Assembly: GCA_965202585.1 (NCBI GenBank)
Contig: OZ241830.1
Location: 49,290,001-49,354,000 of the forward strand
Source: Thalia democratica
Lineage: Eukaryota
DNA: 64,000 nucleotides
Direction: 5' to 3'
Notes under the pieces: model-generated
Database searches by the model: none
Told to the model about the DNA's origin: nothing
The model's input: the letters and a program-made list of their open reading frames with translations, nothing else
Shown here: piece after piece, positions 59,894 to 64,000 of the stretch
Layout of the letters: each line of letters starts with the position of its first letter
How positions within the stretch are numbered: position 1 is the first letter of the stretch
Position numbers and translations under genes: made by a program

Positions 59894-60659
59894 GTATGTA
59901 ACCCAAAAATTGTTACATTAGAGTTTTTAGCTAGAAAATGTTTTACATGTGGTAATTTTCACAAAAACTTGTTGTAGAAAAAACATTACACTTATCCTCC
60001 CCCTCTACAACAATAATTGTTTTTTGAAATTGTGCCCAGTTAAAGAAATTTTTGTGGATGAATAAATTAAAAAAAAAAGATTAAAAAAAAATTTACAAAA
60101 AAAGATAAAAGATTACATTACTTCATCTGGTTATAAGCCCAACTGGAAGCTAACAAAAAAAACTAGGGAAAATTTCATTCAAATTTGTCAAAATTAAGAA
60201 ATGTTTGTCTAGAATTAAAAAAAATTGTTTACTTATTCTACTATTATTAAAAAACTTTCTCAATGTACAAAATCTTAAATTAATAGTATTAAAGGAAATG
60301 AAGCATATATTCAATCTCAATTATCTGTACAAAAATCTTTAATATCAACAGTACTACTATGTAATAAAATTTCTAATATATATAAAGTTCTAAAATTTAA
60401 TAATTTGAAGTTTATGATAAAAAAAAGTTTCTCTGGTGATCAATTTTTTTAAAAAAACTCAAATTGTTAAACATGCAAAATTTGTGTTTTTCACATAACT
60501 AGATATAACATATATATGTATATTAGTTTAATAATACACAATTATTTTAATGGGACAAATGTTTTTCTAATTCAGTTTGTCAGTCACATTAATTGGCACT
60601 AACATTTTTGTTTGTTCATATAATTGTCTGTAAGGAAAGAAGAATTGTGAGATGTTTAT

Positions 60660-61140
60660 ATCTTGTGCCTGCTCTAAATCCAATAAGCTGCAAAAAAAAA
60701 AAAACAAGAATCTCCCATCTATGGCACATGTCTAATTGAAAATTTAATTTATAGAGTGACTATGAAATCTGAAAATGACACCAAATCTTATGTTAGCTCG
60801 ATAGGACTATCATTTAAAGACTAATACACAATACATAATTACAGTTTTGGCAACCATACAACTCTATTACAGTACATATGGATACTTAAAAATAATATAA
60901 TATTTTTAAAATGTATTAGATGTGATTAAGCGAGCATAGACTATAAACTCACAATAAGCTGACAATATCTGAGATGTTGAGCTGTGAATGATTTAGCTAT
61001 GTCATTTTTTTCAACTTTATCCAAAAAGGTCTCATCAGTACTTTGTACTGAAGCCCGCTAGGTAAAATTCCAATAGCGGTTTCTTGTGACTATGCCTGCC
61101 TGATTAATACTAACAAGGACTAAACCGGTTGTAGGTTGTC
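60660..61140 (+). mobile_element. Second, older Penelope-like GIY-YIG remnant with 3' pLTR relic
   Basis: CACSK..., SPIYGTCLIENLIYRVTMKSENDTKSYVSSIGLSFKD*YTIHNYSF..HTTLLQYIWILKNN aligns with the 9300-9530 protein. Confidence 0.75.
61094..61136 (+). ncRNA. Decayed minimal hammerhead ribozyme
   Basis: GCCTGC CTGATTA ATAC TAACAA GGAC TAAAC CG GTT GTAGGT; four substitutions from CTGATGA GTCC..GGAC GAAAC CG GTH; stem I intact. Confidence 0.6.
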
Positions 61141-62139
61141 TCTGATAATGTTGTTATTAATCGTGTGGTAAAGTTCAATAGGTATTGTAAAATTTTTTAG
61201 GAAATATTAGCAAAAACAAATACAGTTTGAAAAAAGGGTTTAAATTATGTAACAAGAAAGAATGGAAATTTGAAATAAAAAAAATGGGAAATTTTAAACC
61301 AGTGGTCCTTGATTTTATTTATTTTATCGGGTAATTTACTAGGCAGTGTTTAATTAAAAAAAGGAGATTTTGAACTTTTAGATTTTTAGATATAAAAATT
61401 AAAAAGTAAGTAAACTGAAAAAAAATACATTTAAATACCAACTTATAAATGAAAACAATAATTAACAAAAATTAAATTTACATAGCTTTTAATGAAGATA
61501 ATTTACCCCCAGATTAAGAATAACTGCTTTAAACAAATGGAAAAAATTATAAAGTGCCTGTTTGCATCACTTAAAACATTTTATTGAAATATTGTGTTTC
61601 AATATGTGAAAATAAATTCCATGTTTATTAACATGTACTACTTATGGTAACATTACATAATATATAATTTTGTTTAGTTTTGTTATTCTACTTATAAAAT
61701 TACTTTTCATTGAATAAAATGCCTGGCTTATTAAAGTATTTAGAACGCTTTTGAAACGGTTGTTTCAGGCAAAAGTTTGTTTTATAATACTAAACTTATA
61801 TTTGGCACATACGTAAAGTGGAAAGCCTCTCTTACCATCCAGAGACTTCACAAAACAAGTATATATAAGTTTATAGTACTTTTTATTTGTTATATTAAGC
61901 TTTATTTATATAATAGCTTTTAGTTCTCTTGTATACAAACATTAACTAATCTGTGTTCATTTATGCCATTAGTAATGATTACAAAAGCTACATAAAAAAA
62001 ATACTCATCTTAAATAAAGACACATGAAAATATTATATAATATTTTTAATATCAGATCTTTGTAAAACACTTCACAGTCTTGCAAATCTAAACACTTTGT
62101 GTCCACAGCAAAACTGTGTAACTAAACGAGAGGTAGCAA

Positions 62140-62645
62140 ATATAAATACTAAATTGGCTGATTTCTGATTATATAGTCTATGGAAGCTCATATCAGAGAA
62201 AATGAAAGAAATGCTTTTATGAAAGCTGATTTGAAAATGAAAAAAAATTATTGGTTATAGAATTTTTTAAAAACTCTACATTGATTTACAAAAGGACAAA
62301 GACTTAGCAATTTTATTTCAATTGATGTTTAAACAATTGCTTAATATTCAGAAATTATTTTAGGAAGTTAAAGCAGCCAACAATGATTTTGAACCCACTA
62401 ACATGTCTGAAGCTTTAAAGTTTTATCATAAAACTGATAAAGAAAGATTTTTAGAAGAAAAGAAGAGTTTAAATTGGTTTAAAACCAAAAATAATGAATA
62501 TACCATCTATTTAAACGCACAGTTATGTTATTCCATAGCTTTAGCTGGTGCTTAAGAGCACCCTGAAGAATTAAAGGCAACACGCAAAAAATTTAAACAA
62601 TTTCTGTGTAAAGCAAGTGCTACAGCAGAACAATTCAAAAAAAAA
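62140..62645 (+). pseudogene. Decayed coding relic of unknown origin (probably TE-derived)
   Basis: Protein-like broken frames (EAHIRENERNAFMKADLK..., EVKAANNDFEPTNMSEALKFYHKTDKE...) with stops and no splice signals. Confidence 0.35.
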
Positions 62646-63280
62646 AATTAAAATGAGGATTAATGAAATGTTTACTAATAAAACCAATAAGATTTGTATA
62701 ATGTTTATGCATGATTTTATTTAATATCATTGCATAATTTTGCTGAAAAAAATTCTTTTGAGCGGTTGCTTTATTCAGCAAATTCATAAGTAGTGTAGGA
62801 GTACTGTATCATATGTTTGTTTTGTGAACTTACTTATTTGTTTCAGTGTCTGAATTAAAATTGTTCTTAACTTTAAAAATTTATTGTACAATAAAGCACA
62901 ATCAAATGTTAATCCATTAGTCAAGAAAAATATTTTTAAAAAGTCTAAAGATATTGACTGGTGAGTTAGTTTATAAAATATTTTTGTATAAAAAAGCTGT
63001 GAATATTAGTAATTCAATGCATAAAATAAATTTAATTTGTACATTATTATAAGTATTTAATTTTTTTTTTGAAAATTCTTTAATATGTAACTAAACAAGA
63101 GTGTGTAAATTAGCAAGTGGTTACTGTATAGTATACAGTAACCAGTACTAGTAGACAGTTTAGCATACAAGGTATACTAAACTTTAAGCTAAATGATCTA
63201 AGGTTCAGTTTTTACTAGATTAAAATTTAACTGTTTAAATATTTGAATTATTTTCAGCTCAATAAGCTAGAAATTAAACA

Positions 63281-63396
63281 ATGAATGATACTGTAGAAAT
63301 TCCAAGTCAGTTTCAAAACTTAATAAATAGAGGTTATGTAGTAGATTATGAAGATCCATCTAAAAAACCAAACTTAACTCAGAATAACATGAATAG
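63281..63396 (+). CDS. Probable first coding exon of an unidentified gene continuing beyond the window
   Basis: Acceptor TTTTCAG at 63257, ATG at 63281, MNDTVEIPSQFQNLINRGYVVDYEDPSKKPNLTQNNMN, phase-2 donor AG|GTATGG. Confidence 0.55.
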
Positions 63397-64000
63397 GTAT
63401 GGTTATTTGTAGAATTGATATAGAAAGTATTAGATTAGTTTGAATATCTTTACATTTATATGTTTTGTGCAATCTGAAGTTTAATTACTAAAAAATATTA
63501 TTTAAAACAAAACAAAAAAAATTTCTACTCCCTATGCCATTAAAAGTTTAAAAATAGTTAAGTTTAAATTAAGTTATCATAACAATATTTTGCAAAAAAT
63601 AGGATTGAAAAAAATCAATTTATGGAAAAACAAAACAAAAACAGCAAAATTCATATGGAAATGATTGTTGTTTGTATCATAATCTTTATTGTTTCACATT
63701 TAGGACTTGAATTTTGGAAAAAAAATTACACAAGGTCTTACAATGTTAGTTTACAAGTATCCAGTTTACACTTTTTTATGTAAATAAAGTTAAAATCACT
63801 GTTTACTAGTACAGTGCTCGTAGATTGCTGGTACAAAGTTTAAACTACCTTTTTATTTAAACTAAAATTGTGACACAATACAGTATAATCTCACAATGTT
63901 TTAAATTCTAGAATTTGATAATATATATTATTTAAAAGTAACTTTATATAACTTAAATTATTGTATTTTATTTACTATGTTATTGCAAAGGTATAATTTT

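Overview
Very AT-rich, transposon-dense eukaryotic DNA; the composition and repeat content suggest a cnidarian such as Hydra (inference). The one complete host gene is a mitochondrial pyruvate dehydrogenase kinase (PDK) on the + strand. It has 10 coding exons from 11124 to 50805 (1305 nt, 434 aa), and every splice phase checked joins in frame. The probable first coding exon of a second + strand gene is at 63281-63396. Most of the remaining recognisable sequence is mobile DNA: three unrelated Gypsy-type LTR families, two Penelope-like GIY-YIG remnants with hammerhead-ribozyme relics, RTE and CR1/L2 LINE relics, pogo/Tigger and hAT elements, and two ~3-kb foldback elements. The most notable observations are: (1) LTR family A has no tRNA-type PBS; its PBS is the exact reverse complement of 10-11 nt inside its own LTR, as in Tf1-style self-priming; (2) the two family A copies carry different decayed ORFs between integrase and the PPT; (3) a 99-nt in-frame candidate cassette exon lies in PDK intron 5; (4) Gypsy B has a -1 frameshift pseudoknot and an ORF that starts in the LTR and reads through the PBS. 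All coordinates and alignments were read by eye.
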